Origin: Bacteroidota bacterium
GTDB taxonomy: Bacteria > Bacteroidota > Bacteroidia > 2-12-FULL-35-15
DNA: 64,000 nt
Assembly: GCA_037131555.1 (NCBI GenBank)
Contig: JBAXQU010000007.1
Location: 1,504-65,503 of the forward strand
Direction: 5' to 3'
Shown: piece after piece, positions 21,001-29,256 of the stretch
Layout: every line of letters begins with the position of its first letter
Numbering within the stretch: position 1 is the first letter of the stretch
The notes under the pieces: generated by a model
What the model was told of the DNA's origin: nothing
Seen by the model: only the letters and a program-made list of their open reading frames with translations
Databases searched by the model: none
Translations under genes and position numbers: made by a program

Positions 21001-24000
21001 TATTCGTAATGTATCGCATCCTGTGTTTTGTATAGTCAATGAATGAGTACTGGTGGTATATGTCATGATTGAATCCATGTTCAAACAACTTACCGATAGA
21101 TTAATTATGGAAGTTCCATTCACATGCAAAGTTACAGGAATGGTATCAAGTGGACTTAAGGGGTCGTTAGAACTTACATAAATGTTTGCATTATATGTCC
21201 CCACTGTAAGTCCTGTTGAATTAAATCCAACAAGAACATTTGATGTACTTCCCGCAGAAGTTGTATCTGCATGTGGAGTCATTGTCATCCAAGAAACACC
21301 AGTATTAGCACTATAGAAAAGTGCATTCGCCATCAAAGTAGCTCCATCAGTTGTATTCACCCAATAACTACCATAAACACTATTAGATGGAGGGAACATT
21401 CCTAAATCGACAACCCTGGATGATCCAAATGTTTTAGTTGCAACCAAAGGTCTGCCATCTGTCCAATCAGCAATTCTAGTTGCACCTGCATCGACATTAA
21501 AAGTGTTGGCTCGAAACGAAGATGTGCCTCCATTAAAACTGTTCACGTTATGCATAATCGGGTGTCCTGTTTGATATACTGTCCCTAAAGATTGTTGTCC
21601 TGAACTTAAATATCCAGATGTGTTACTTATGCACCAATAATGTCCTGTGCTGTATCTTCCAGCAATTCCGTTTGCACCGCCAACAGCAAACACACCTGTT
21701 ACCAATCCTCCTCCTGCATCAACATAATCAGCCAGATTATTTCCAAGTAAAGTTGGGTTAGCAAAATTATAATCACCCCATGCTAAGACTGCATCATATT
21801 GTAGAAGCTGTGCTAAAGTTGGTGTTACACTTTGTCCTAAGAATATATCAACAGCGGTGAATCTGCCTGTAACCATAAGTTTACTTTGTACATCATTAAT
21901 CTCACCTGTATTATCAGCGCCTATTAATGCTACTTTTATTTTAGCGCTTCCGGTACCTGAAAATTGAGCAAAGAGGTTTGAACCTCCATTGTTATGAATT
22001 TGCAAAGTGTCAAATATCGAATCGGAACAACTCAAGTTAACATTAAATGATAAAGGGCTAAAGCTGATAATAGGTCTTGCAAACCCTTTTCCTGTTAAGC
22101 AAACTTTTTTGGTAACATCGCTATTAAAAATTGTGATGGTGTCTCTAAATGTACCAACTGCTATTGGATTGAACGATACATATAGTTTTGCTGAATCACC
22201 TGGGTTGATTGCATACAATGTATTACTTACTGTGTAGAGTGCTGTTTGTGTCGTAATATTGGTTACGTTTAAAATGTCACATCCCGTATTCTTAATATAA
22301 ATAGAATCACGATGAGAAGTGTATTGCATTATGGAATCAAGATTTAGGCAGTTTTGCGAAACTCCGATGTGTCCCACACCGATTACATTCATTGTAGCAG
22401 GAACTGTTAAGCTCGGATGAAGTGGGTCGTTTGAAGTTATAGTAATTGGATAATAGTAAACTCCATTATTCAGACCCAAACTATTAAAATTTAGTTGAAT
22501 TGTTTGATTTGATGAAGTGTTTATGGTTCCAGAGTTGCTTCCTAACGACAAACCTGGAGAACCAACACTTACTAAATAATCTTCTTCTTCACCATAATAT
22601 CCACTCAATCCGCCACAAGGTGCAGGAGCTGAACCGTTACTCCAATCAATGATCCTCATTCTGGTTACTCCAAGTGAAGCCGATATAGGAACATTGATAA
22701 TAAAATTTGTTAGTACATTGGAAGTATATACATTGTTCACCATCCTTTCTGTGGCGTCAAATACTCCATTCCTATTCCAATCTACCCAAACAGAAATGTA
22801 TGAATACCCTCCGCTCCCCTGAGATTGTAAAGAGAGTGTGAAGGATGCTCCAGGTGCTTGAGAAACCATGACTGATGGGTAATAATTTACACCCGCTCCA
22901 GCATTGCTTGTAAACCCAGCATCTAATGGGGTTGTGATATTTACATATCCACCTGAAGTAGTTACACTATTGATATAAGCGTATCCATTAGAAGGATACA
23001 TAGTTGGTATGCAATAACCTGAAGGAGGAGAACCAAAACTACTGCCAGCACTAGCATTCCAATTTAGCACACTTCCTCCGGTATTATTAATAACAAGTGG
23101 ATAGGATAATGAATCGCCACAGGAGAGCGTAATATTAATAGTATCTGGTGTTATCGTAATCGTTGGCATTGCCCAAGCTTTTCCTGAAAGGCAAATTCTT
23201 ACAGGTGTGTCATTATTGAGAATTGTTAATGAATCAATAAATGTACCAACTATTGTTGGAGCAAAAGTTGCGATTAGTTTAACGGAATCGCCAGGGAGTA
23301 TATTGAATGTAGTTTGATTCAACGAATAAACACTTAACTGATGGGTGATGTTGGTAATGTGTAAAGTATCACAGCCTATATTTTTAATATAAAGAGAGTC
23401 TTTATGATTGGTGTATTGCATGATTGAGTCATGGTTCAAACAAGTTTTAGTAACTGCAATGTGCCCCATACCAACCACATTCATGGTAACAGGTACCATG
23501 ATAGATGGATTAAGCGGGTCGTTGGACGGAATGGTAATTTGATAATTATATACACCATTATTCAAACCCAAACTATTCATGTGAAGAGAGACTGTTTGAG
23601 AACTGTTAGAGGCAATAGTCCCAGAAGTTGGAGAAAACATAAGACCTGTAGATCCAATTCTCACTAGGTAGTCTTCCGCTTCACCATAATATGAACTCAG
23701 TCCACCACAAGGTGCAGGCGCTCCTCCATTGGTCCAATCAATAATCCTCATCCTTGTAACACCGAATGAAGCTCCGAGCGGAACATTTATGGTGAAATTT
23801 GTTAGGTTAGTGCCAGTGTAAACATTATTCACCATTAGTTCTCCAGAGTCAAACACCCCATTTCTGTTCCAGTCTACCCAAACAGAAATATAAGCATAGC
23901 CTCCGCCTCCCTGAGATTGCACAGTGAGTGTGAAAGAAGACCCAGGTTCCTGAGAAACCATTGCCGAAGGGTAATAATTTACTCCCGAAGCAACATTGCC

Positions 24001-27000
24001 CGTAAATCCAGCATCTACTGGAGTAGTAATATTTACAGTACCTCCAGATGTGGTTACACTGTTTATATACGAATATCCATTACTTGGATACATGGTAGGA
24101 AGGCAATAACCAGAAGGAAGCAACACGCTTCCTCCTCCAGTGGCACTCCAATTCAAAACCCCAGCCCCAGTGTTGTTAATTGCCAAATTTGTTGTAGTTG
24201 AGTCACCGCAGGAAAGTGTAACATTTATTGATGTAGGATTAGTAGATATTGTTGGCATTGCGTAAGCCTTATCGCTTAAGCAAACAAGTTGTGTAATATC
24301 ATTATTCAGAATATTAAGTGTATCAATAAAAGTTCCAACAGTAGTAGGTGCAAATGTTACCCTAAGTTTTGCCGAATCGTTAGGAGCGATGTTAAAAACC
24401 GTTTGGTTCACTGAATATGCGCTCAGAGAATGCGTAATATTGGTAACATGTAATGTATCACATCCAGGATTCCTTATGTAAAGTGAATCTTGGTGTGTGG
24501 TGTTTTGCATTATTGAATCGATATTAAAACAGTGTTTTGTCAATGCAATTGTTCCATCCCCAGACACAGTAATGGTATAAGGTACTAGCAATGGATTGTT
24601 AATGGGGTCGTTCGATGAAAAAGTAATATTCCCTGTATACACTCCTGCGATTAAACCTGCAGATGAAAAGTGAGTTGTAATCGAGTTTGAATTTCCAGCT
24701 CCAATTGAACCTGTATAGGAGGAAAGATAGACTGAAGGAGCTATATTGATAGTGTAATCCTCAAATTGGCCGTACTGAACATTATTACATGACAGAGGTG
24801 CAGAATAGCCTGAATATTCTGAACCTACTCTCATTCGGACTGCTTTGTTTTTAACCGCGGAAGAAGGAATGGTAACAGTGACAATATGTAATCTATTTGG
24901 TAGCGAATTAAGATTTCCGTTCATAACCATTTCCCCGGATTGAAAAATGCCATCATCATTGTAATCAATCCAAGCACTTACATATTCATTATATTGATTA
25001 CCTGTTTGAACAGATAATGTGTATGTTTGTCCAATATTAACGATAGTGCTTTGAATAGAAGTATAGTTTCGATAACCTTCGGTCGCGTTTCCTGTTGTAT
25101 TGTTGATAGCTCCAAACGTAACATTATATATTCCCATGTTACAGCAAGTCCCATTAGTAAGTGGAGAGCATGAAGCGGCTCTCGGAAGAGAAGATGGAAT
25201 AGAGGCTGTGTAATTTAATGTGCTTCCTCCCGCATTTGTAATCTGTAAAGGCAAGGATAGTGTGTCATTACATGCTAATGAAACGTTAAAAGTAGTGGGT
25301 GACGAAGTTATCGTTGGTGCTGAATACGCTTTTCCAATTAAACAAATAGTTGTATCCAAAACATTTGTATGAAAGGTGAGTTCACCGTTAAATGTTCCTG
25401 CCACCGTTGGAGAAAACTTCACAATCACTCGGCCTGTAGCTCCAGGAATAATATATGAAGGAGAAGAAACCACCGTAAATTGGGCAGGTGTAATGTTTGT
25501 ACTATTAATAAGTAAGGTGTCGCATCCAGTATTGGTGATCAACAATGAATCTTTACTACTAGTGTAATTCATTATTGAATCAAGGTTTAAACAAGGAAGA
25601 GAAGTATTATACAGCGTGAATTGCATGTGAGCAGCCCCAACAACATTCAATGTCAATGGAACAGTAATGGTGGGGTTTGATGGGTCATTCGAATTGATTA
25701 CAATTTGATTAGAATAAACTCCTGCCGTTAATCCTCGGCTATCCAACTTTACATCTACTGATTGAGACCCTCCGGAATTTATGGTTCCATAGGATGGAGT
25801 TGTGCTAAAAGCACCAGAACCAATTTTTATATCATATTCCTCTGTTTCTCCATAAGTAAAATTACTGCAATAATTTCCTGCGCCAACCGTGCTACCAAAG
25901 GAACACCTTACTCGAATTCGAGTTTTTCCTGTATGTGCATTCGAGGGAATTGTAATTGTAGTTGAATACAATCCCGTAGACGAATTTGGCGATGCATATA
26001 CAAATTCTCCTACATCGGCATAGCTTCCATTTTGATTATAATCTATCCAAACTCCAAAACCCTGACCCCACGAAGAACCTGATTGCATTGTCAAAGCATA
26101 CGTACCACCAGGTTGAACAGTTGTGGTTACACTTTGATCATAAATGAAATTGTTAGATTGACCGTTACAGCCAGAATTTATTTTACTAAGTGTATTAAAA
26201 GTAAATCGATTTATATAGTCACCAGAGGTGCATCCATAAGTGTATGAAGGAGCACAATATCCAGTTGGTGAGTTTGTCGATATTCCTCCATTCCAATTTA
26301 ACGGTAGCCCTCCAGAATTAATAATTAGCAGACTACTAATTAATGTATCTCCACATCCAAGCGTAACATTAAACGATGATGGGTTTATTGAAATAGCAGG
26401 TCCCTGATATGCTTTTCCTGTAAGACAGATAGTGGTATCACCGATATTTGTATGTAAAGAAAGTGTACCTGCAAAAGTCCCTGATGAAAAAGGTGAAAAC
26501 TTAATTACTACATGTCCAGTTCCTCCTGGTACTATTAATGTTGGTGAAGAAACGACTGTATATTGAGTAGGAGAGGTCCCGAGTGCAAGTAATTGCAAAG
26601 TATCACAACCTGAATTAGCAATTGATATTGAATCAAAACTTATGGTATTGGTCATGATTGAATCAAGATTCAAACAAGCACTTGATGTATTGAATAGTGA
26701 ATATTGCAAATGTGCGGTACCATTAATGGTAACTGTACATGGAAATGTTACAACAGGATTATTAGGGTCGTTAGAGGTAATCAGTAAAGTGTCATGATAA
26801 ACCCCAGCGTTAATTCCGATGGAGGAAAATTTTATAGAAATTGTCGCAGAGTTTCCTGCGTTGACATATCCTGACGAAGGATTGACAGACGACAATCCTG
26901 ATTGACCTGCACAATAAACTAATGTATTGGCCATTAATCTGGCTCCATCGGTGTTAGATATCCAGCCATACGAATCGGCATCACTTGGCACAGGCCACAT

Positions 27001-29076
27001 ATTGATGTCTGCAGATTTGCCAGCATTGATCGTGCGAACAGCAACCAAAGGAATTCCATCCGACCAATCGACAATACGAGTTGCCTGAGAATTTACCGTA
27101 AAGGTATTCGCTCTATATCCATAACCACCACAATCCAAACTTGCCACATTTTGCATGATTGGATTAGAGGGAACGTAAATTGTTCCTAATGAAGCGGTAA
27201 CAGAAGTCCAATTATTTGGAATATCAATACAGTTGTAATTGCCGTTGTATCTTCCTCCAATATCAGCATAGCCTACCGACCACATAGCCTTTACTACGCC
27301 ACCGCCAGCGTCTACATAGTCGGCTAGATTATTTCCGAGTGTGGTAGGGTCTGCATAACTCCAATCGTCCCAAACCATAACAGAATTGTACTGTTGCAAC
27401 TGCGCGAGAGTAGGTGTTACAGATGCAGCATCGTAAACATCTATTCTACTGAACAATCCTGTATTCATAAGTTTGGTTTGAACAGCGGAAAGGTAAGGTG
27501 CATCTGCAGCAATCAATGCTGCTTTGACTTTCGGACCGACATGAAAAGATAGAGTACCGCCAGCTGTGTTGCTAACTAAAAATGAATTGGTGATGCTGTC
27601 GTTACAGCCTAATGAAATATTGAAAGAAAGCGGACTTACAGAAATAGCAGGTGTAGGGGTTGCATATCCCGAAACACAAAGTGTGGTGTCGTGTGCATTA
27701 TTAAATATGGTTAAAGTCCCTGAGTTATTTCCTAAAAGAGTTGGGGAAAAGTGAAGTGTGACTGTTGCAGAATCGTAAGCACTAATTGTATCGGCAGTAG
27801 GAACAACAGCAAATGCAGGGTTAGAACATGTGATATTACTTACTATTAAAGAGCCACAGGCGGCATTTTTAATTTTAAAAGTTTTAAATGAAGACGAAGT
27901 CAAAACAGTTGTGTCTTCTGCAACGCAATAAACCGGAAGGCTGATAATAGGCAGATTAGAACAACAATCGTGTACTAAACCAGGCAAATATCTGTCGTTA
28001 TTGGTTCCTTCACCTAGCTGCCCATAATTATTATGTCCCCACGACCAGAATGTACCATCGTTTTTCAGAGCAAGAGAATGATAATACCCCCCCGTAATTT
28101 TTGTGATCCCGGTCAATGCCATAATTTGAATTGGAGAATTTTGTTGTGTGTTGGTGCCGTCACCTATCTGTCCGTAATAATTATATCCCCACCCCCAAGC
28201 TGAACCATTATTTTTTATCGCAAATGAATGAAGTGTGCCCACACCTATTTCAATTATTCCTGTTAGAGTAGAAATCTGAAACGGAATAGGTGAAGAGGTT
28301 GTTGATCCATTGCCCAATTGTCCGTTCCAATTGTAACCCCAAGCCCACACCGTTTCATTGTTTTTTAAAGCTAAATTGTGGTATCCTCCTGTTTTAATAG
28401 ATGTAATTCCTGATACAGAAGTAATTTGAGCGAATGAGTTTCTTGTTGTATAGGTACCATCCCCTAATTCCCCATCACCGTTATAACCAACCGACCAAAC
28501 AGTTCCATCATTTTTTAGAGCAACTGAATGATAATATCCTGCCTGAACACCTGTGATGCCCGTTAATCCGACAGCCTGAACCGGTGTCGAAGATGTATTG
28601 TATGTTCCATCACCTAATTGACCATTTCCATTCGAACCCCATGCCCAAACTGTACCATCACTTTTTACAGCCAAGTTGTGAGAAGCCCCAGCGGCAATTG
28701 CAATAACCCCAGTGAGTGATGGTACTTGAATTGGCACAATACTAGAGTTAAAAGTTCCATCACCTAATTGACCATCTCCGTTATACCCCCATGTCCAAAC
28801 TGTACCATCATTGCGTAATGCGATAGTATGATAGTTTCCACCCGCTATCTCAATAATTCCATATAGTCCGTTTACTGTTACAGGAAAATTAGTGTTATTA
28901 TTAGTAGAATCCCCTAGCTGCCCATCACCGTTATTACCTACTGATTTTGTAACACCGTTGGCACAAACTAATAAACTGTGATAATAACCAGCTCCTATTA
29001 CTTGAGCATTTGAACTTTTAGAAATTAAGTTAAGGGAAAAAATAACAACAATTGATAGAAGTAATTTTATTTTCAT
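12073..29076 (-). CDS. Giant 5667-aa T9SS type-A surface protein: RCC1 propeller, Ig-like (choice-of-anchor D/HYDIN-like) domains, 2 GATase/flavodoxin-like domains, 4 GEVED domains, LamG, about 32 Cys-containing Ig-like repeats, CTD
   Basis: Uninterrupted 17-kb ORF with a signal peptide. Motifs: DGTVWAWGxNxxGQLGDG (RCC1); VWIDYN..G.F plus GExEDY (GEVED); WNHIA...LYING...GKIDEVKIYNYAL (LamG); YTYYVTQTxNGCxS repeats; CTD IYPNPA...GFYSI...RKLVIVK. Confidence 0.92.
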   Translation of the reverse strand: MKIKLLLSIVVIFSLNLISKSSNAQVIGAGYYHSLLVCANGVTKSVGNNGDGQLGDSTNNNTNFPVTVNGLYGIIEIAGGNYHTIALRNDGTVWTWGYNGDGQLGDGTFNSSIVPIQVPSLTGVIAIAAGASHNLAVKSDGTVWAWGSNGNGQLGDGTYNTSSTPVQAVGLTGITGVQAGYYHSVALKNDGTVWSVGYNGDGELGDGTYTTRNSFAQITSVSGITSIKTGGYHNLALKNNETVWAWGYNWNGQLGNGSTTSSPIPFQISTLTGIIEIGVGTLHSFAIKNNGSAWGWGYNYYGQIGDGTNTQQNSPIQIMALTGITKITGGYYHSLALKNDGTFWSWGHNNYGQLGEGTNNDRYLPGLVHDCCSNLPIISLPVYCVAEDTTVLTSSSFKTFKIKNAACGSLIVSNITCSNPAFAVVPTADTISAYDSATVTLHFSPTLLGNNSGTLTIFNNAHDTTLCVSGYATPTPAISVSPLSFNISLGCNDSITNSFLVSNTAGGTLSFHVGPKVKAALIAADAPYLSAVQTKLMNTGLFSRIDVYDAASVTPTLAQLQQYNSVMVWDDWSYADPTTLGNNLADYVDAGGGVVKAMWSVGYADIGGRYNGNYNCIDIPNNWTSVTASLGTIYVPSNPIMQNVASLDCGGYGYRANTFTVNSQATRIVDWSDGIPLVAVRTINAGKSADINMWPVPSDADSYGWISNTDGARLMANTLVYCAGQSGLSSVNPSSGYVNAGNSATISIKFSSIGINAGVYHDTLLITSNDPNNPVVTFPCTVTINGTAHLQYSLFNTSSACLNLDSIMTNTISFDSISIANSGCDTLQLLALGTSPTQYTVVSSPTLIVPGGTGHVVIKFSPFSSGTFAGTLSLHTNIGDTTICLTGKAYQGPAISINPSSFNVTLGCGDTLISSLLIINSGGLPLNWNGGISTNSPTGYCAPSYTYGCTSGDYINRFTFNTLSKINSGCNGQSNNFIYDQSVTTTVQPGGTYALTMQSGSSWGQGFGVWIDYNQNGSYADVGEFVYASPNSSTGLYSTTITIPSNAHTGKTRIRVRCSFGSTVGAGNYCSNFTYGETEEYDIKIGSGAFSTTPSYGTINSGGSQSVDVKLDSRGLTAGVYSNQIVINSNDPSNPTITVPLTLNVVGAAHMQFTLYNTSLPCLNLDSIMNYTSSKDSLLITNTGCDTLLINSTNITPAQFTVVSSPSYIIPGATGRVIVKFSPTVAGTFNGELTFHTNVLDTTICLIGKAYSAPTITSSPTTFNVSLACNDTLSLPLQITNAGGSTLNYTASIPSSLPRAASCSPLTNGTCCNMGIYNVTFGAINNTTGNATEGYRNYTSIQSTIVNIGQTYTLSVQTGNQYNEYVSAWIDYNDDGIFQSGEMVMNGNLNSLPNRLHIVTVTIPSSAVKNKAVRMRVGSEYSGYSAPLSCNNVQYGQFEDYTINIAPSVYLSSYTGSIGAGNSNSITTHFSSAGLIAGVYTGNITFSSNDPINNPLLVPYTITVSGDGTIALTKHCFNIDSIMQNTTHQDSLYIRNPGCDTLHVTNITHSLSAYSVNQTVFNIAPNDSAKLRVTFAPTTVGTFIDTLNILNNDITQLVCLSDKAYAMPTISTNPTSINVTLSCGDSTTTNLAINNTGAGVLNWSATGGGSVLLPSGYCLPTMYPSNGYSYINSVTTSGGTVNITTPVDAGFTGNVASGVNYYPSAMVSQEPGSSFTLTVQSQGGGGYAYISVWVDWNRNGVFDSGELMVNNVYTGTNLTNFTINVPLGASFGVTRMRIIDWTNGGAPAPCGGLSSYYGEAEDYLVRIGSTGLMFSPTSGTIASNSSQTVSLHMNSLGLNNGVYNYQITIPSNDPLNPSIMVPVTMNVVGMGHIAVTKTCLNHDSIMQYTNHKDSLYIKNIGCDTLHITNITHQLSVYSLNQTTFNILPGDSVKLIATFAPTIVGTFIDSLTILNNDTPVRICLSGKAWAMPTITITPDTINITLSCGDSLSYPLVINNTGGSVLNWNASAGSSFGSPPSGYCIPTMYPSNGYAYINSVTTSGGYVNITTPLDAGFTSNAGAGVNYYPSVMVSQAPGASFTLSLQSQGSGGYSYISVWVDWNRNGVFDATERMVNNVYTSNVLTNFIINVPISASLGVTRMRIIDWSNGSAPAPCGGLSGYYGEEEDYLVSVGSPGLSLGSNSGTINTSSNQTIQLNFNSLGLNNGVYYYPITITSNDPLHPSLTVPATMNVIGVGHIGVSQNCLNLDSIMQYTSHRDSIYIKNTGCDILNVTNITTQTALYTVSNTLYAINPGDSAKLYVSFNPIAVGTFRDTITIFNSDVTKKVCLTGKGFARPIISFSPLSFNVNLSCSDSIFDTLQIHNNGGSNLFAQFSGTGSAKIKVALIGADNTGEINDVQSKLMVTGRFTAVDIFLGQSVTPTLAQLLQYDAVLAWGDYNFANPTLLGNNLADYVDAGGGLVTGVFAVGGANGIAGRYSTGHYWCISNTSGYLSSGQQSLGTVYQTGHPIMHNVNSFNGGTSSFRANTFNVDAGATRIADWTDGRPLVATKTFGSSRVVDLGMFPPSNSVYGSYWVNTTDGATLMANALFYSANTGVSWMTMTPHADTTSAGSTSNVLVGFNSTGLTVGTYNANIYVSSNDPLSPLDTIPVTLHVNGTSIINLSVSCLNMDSIMTYTTSTHSLTIQNTGCDTLRITNITNQQSAYSVNHTTYTILPGGSASLQVTFAPITAGTYLDTLTFINNNVVQHVCLHGIAYPKPVQCHSPNSLNVHFTICQDSVPKQINVCNTNGGSNLNWNLTTIRGNCATFDGNGDYINRGTVNLPTGSVMTAEAWIYPVAYPDATYNGVVCWGPRYCYGSTFLLSIQSNGRPSMATWCNDFVPNSGPTAVLNQWNHIACVLNGTSVTLYINGVPISGTLASTPNVQSSNLAIGSTDYGGRYFNGKIDEVKIYNYALTPAQILNSMNNESTGNESGLSGYWNFNNGTAQDLSSFGNNGTLIGNTFISAPNAPVYSNTVTFNTSSGSTVAGGSSNVTAMFHKAGQSPGTHNFSIYVNSNDPLNSIDTIPVTMTIDSIAPNPPVSANVSECFGNPIPTFTATANSGDTIKWYNSSMVLQHIGSPFNAGQTAVGLYTYYVTATDSLNGCESRKDTVSLHINSAPVKPTASDQSVCFGNDIPALTSSGTIQLWYTNPALTNQVHVGSPYNTGVTAAGTYTYYVSDSTIGCPKSPADTVTLTIHALPSKPVATDVSSCFGSSTPSLTAVGTGSDTIKWYTSAMVFIQNGNPLVTGLSSPGVYHYYVTQTDSLLGCISPKDTATLTIHFTPQPAANNQTACFGGSAAVLTASGSNLKWYNTSMTLVYSGNPYNTGLTAVGVDTFYVTQTLNGCESSSKMVILTINPIPSTPVAADHTICFEQTTPLLTTIGTNVQWYSNAALTSLVHGGTTYNTGLTAVGNYTFYVIQSALGCASHSDTVHLNIEPLPARPLTVDQNACFGYPIPNLVASSTGSDSVTWYTDASLTTLIHTGNLFNTGETTIGTYTYYVIQKDSLSGCISHSDTAHLFINSTPTQPIANDVNACFGQSIPSLTSTGTIIQWYNDSLLTNVVHIGGTYNTGITAVGSYIFYVKDSTAGCSSSIADTAVLTIYPIPNAPTTSGSASICFGQGNPTFSATGTNVNWYSNVGLTNLVHSGSTFTPLQTAAGVYTFYVTQTVNGCSSPATTVVFTINYTPPVVVNNVSVAFGSATPNLIATGSNINWYDNTMTLVSTGNTFTTGETAIGAYTYYVTQTLNGCTSNPDTVTLTIHPLAPAAPNQVVCFGNTIPDLNATGTNINWYSNSQLTTLLHSGSNYTTGQTAVGVYTYYATQTVNGISSQATTASLTINAIPNAPSSINQSACFGGTITSLSAIGTNIHWYDTTFLVHAGSPFATGNTTVGAYYYNVTQTVNGCESPSRVDTLTIHSLPLAPVASDASSCFGDATPNLSAIGTNIKWYNSASILVSSGNNYSTGITAPGVYNYYATQTSSVTGCESSFDSVTLTINFTPLPIANNIAVCEGNSVPTLSATGSSIKWYDNTMTLVYSGNNYNTGLTAAGVYTFYVSQTSSSTGCESAKDTVTLTITAYPNPPIASNVQACSGQTIPSLTAVGASINWYADSSLSAVLANGNSFNTGNTLPGHYTYYVTQTINGCQGLADSVSQIIFLTPSAPLGSGNSAICFGQPNPSLSATGNNLNWYSDSALDTLINTGSSFNPMQTAPGAYYYYITQSSNGCISATTIDTLNIHFTPVVVVSDVSVQFGNPTPSLVASGTNIQWYDTSMVVLSNNSSFATGETAIGVYTYYVSQTQNNCESYLDTVALTIYPNNPVAASHSICLGDIVPDLSAQGNNIRWYSDSLLTNLVYSGSPYITSYNTVGNYPLYVTQTVNGIQSTSTYVTLAINSIPLAPVSSNASACFNSAIPNLTAAGASIQWYNTSTLVASGNSFVTNNTAAGTYVYNVTQTVNGCESPYTVDTLTIHNLPATPLASSPTICFGVATPDLNASGTNIIWRDASATTVSTGNSYVTGITAPGVHTFYATDLNVATGCESAVDTVLLTINFTPPPTAADVSICRGTAPVITASGTNIQWYDASLTSIYNGNPFTGGDTTAGVHTYYVTQTNSLTTCESSKDTVTLTINTAPLAPVASDLAVCYGQSVPALSVVGTNTNWYGSSQLNGVLYNGNTFATNDTTIGSFTYFVTQTVGGCEGPADSVTLTIHSIPASPVLSGNAPVCFGSTNPTFTAIGTNINWFSDASLSTLLANTNNYISTQNSAGTYSYYATQSNSTTGCVSHADSLLFTIHALPIVSANATATDVCDGSPISLTGGGANTYSWTNGVSDGISFVPLSSLTYTVTGTDNNGCENTSTVSINVNALPVVTANSSASVICVGDSIQLHGGGANTYTWTGGVSDSVFFTPTSSSTYTVTGNSGLGCSNTATVSITVNALPTVSASASTTSVCAGAAVTLNGNGAVNYSWNNGITDGVTFVPSSSATYLVNGTDNNGCSNSDSIHINVNALPIVTANSTALTVCVGSSLSLTGGGAATYAWTSGVQDGVAFTPSTSSNYTVVGTDVNGCVDSAIINIAVNNLPIVSANASAASVCAGSSLIMYGTGANAYTWTNGVMDSIAYSPVASGSYIVTGTDVNGCSDTSSIYITVNALPFVTAHSSASAVCEGTSLFLYGSGTLNYQWTGGANDSVVFVPISSATYTVTGTDALGCTNTDTINIVVNPLPATPITNDVVVCSLATIPNLTASGANVQWYDATMVNFYTGNSFATGQTQPGTYTYYVKDINTTTGCMSAMDSVVLSIKTSPPVPVANDLVVCFGNPTTTLYSTGTNISWYLNANLTGLVHTGTSFNTGQTAVGTYTYYITDSLPGCLSPSFDSVSLIINSAPSVPVANDVTICYGQNSMLTTTGNNPHWYSDYTLINLVAIGNNYTPPQTGVGNYPYYVVDFSGGCGNSATDTTHLVINPNPLVTTNVNSIAIMNGNHTTLTAYNASTYAWSPSTGLNATTGATVIASPTVSTTYTVTGTNDYGCSNTTTVFVEVDNVGIDEATVSIADLNIYPNPAIDEFSIEFSTTLNSPIEINLYNTLGQKIWAKTLDGVGGTGLRKHKLDVNTSTLAAGFYSIELTTTEGSISRKLVIVK

Positions 29077-29117
29077 AATATAAATATTAATTGTGACTTA
29101 GAAATGAATTGTATTAG

Positions 29118-29125
29118 CAAAATTA
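29118..29125 (-). promoter_or_regulatory. Bacteroidota -7 promoter element for the giant gene
   Basis: TAATTTTG on the minus strand, about 40 bp upstream of the start at 29076. Confidence 0.5.
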
Positions 29126-29256
29126 TAAAGGTGCTAAATTATAAATTTTTTTTAATTAGTAAAATGATTTTAACTGGCAAAAAATTTTAGAAAATTTGAC
29201 GAACCAATTTTTATAATTAATACATTTACCAACAATTTTATTTTAATTTTTTTATC

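Noticed and set aside
22500-24250. Diversity-generating retroelement template/variable repeat pair in the duplicated GEVED units
   Set aside because: Both copies are in frame within one gene, many differences are synonymous rather than adenine-specific, and no reverse transcriptase is in the window.
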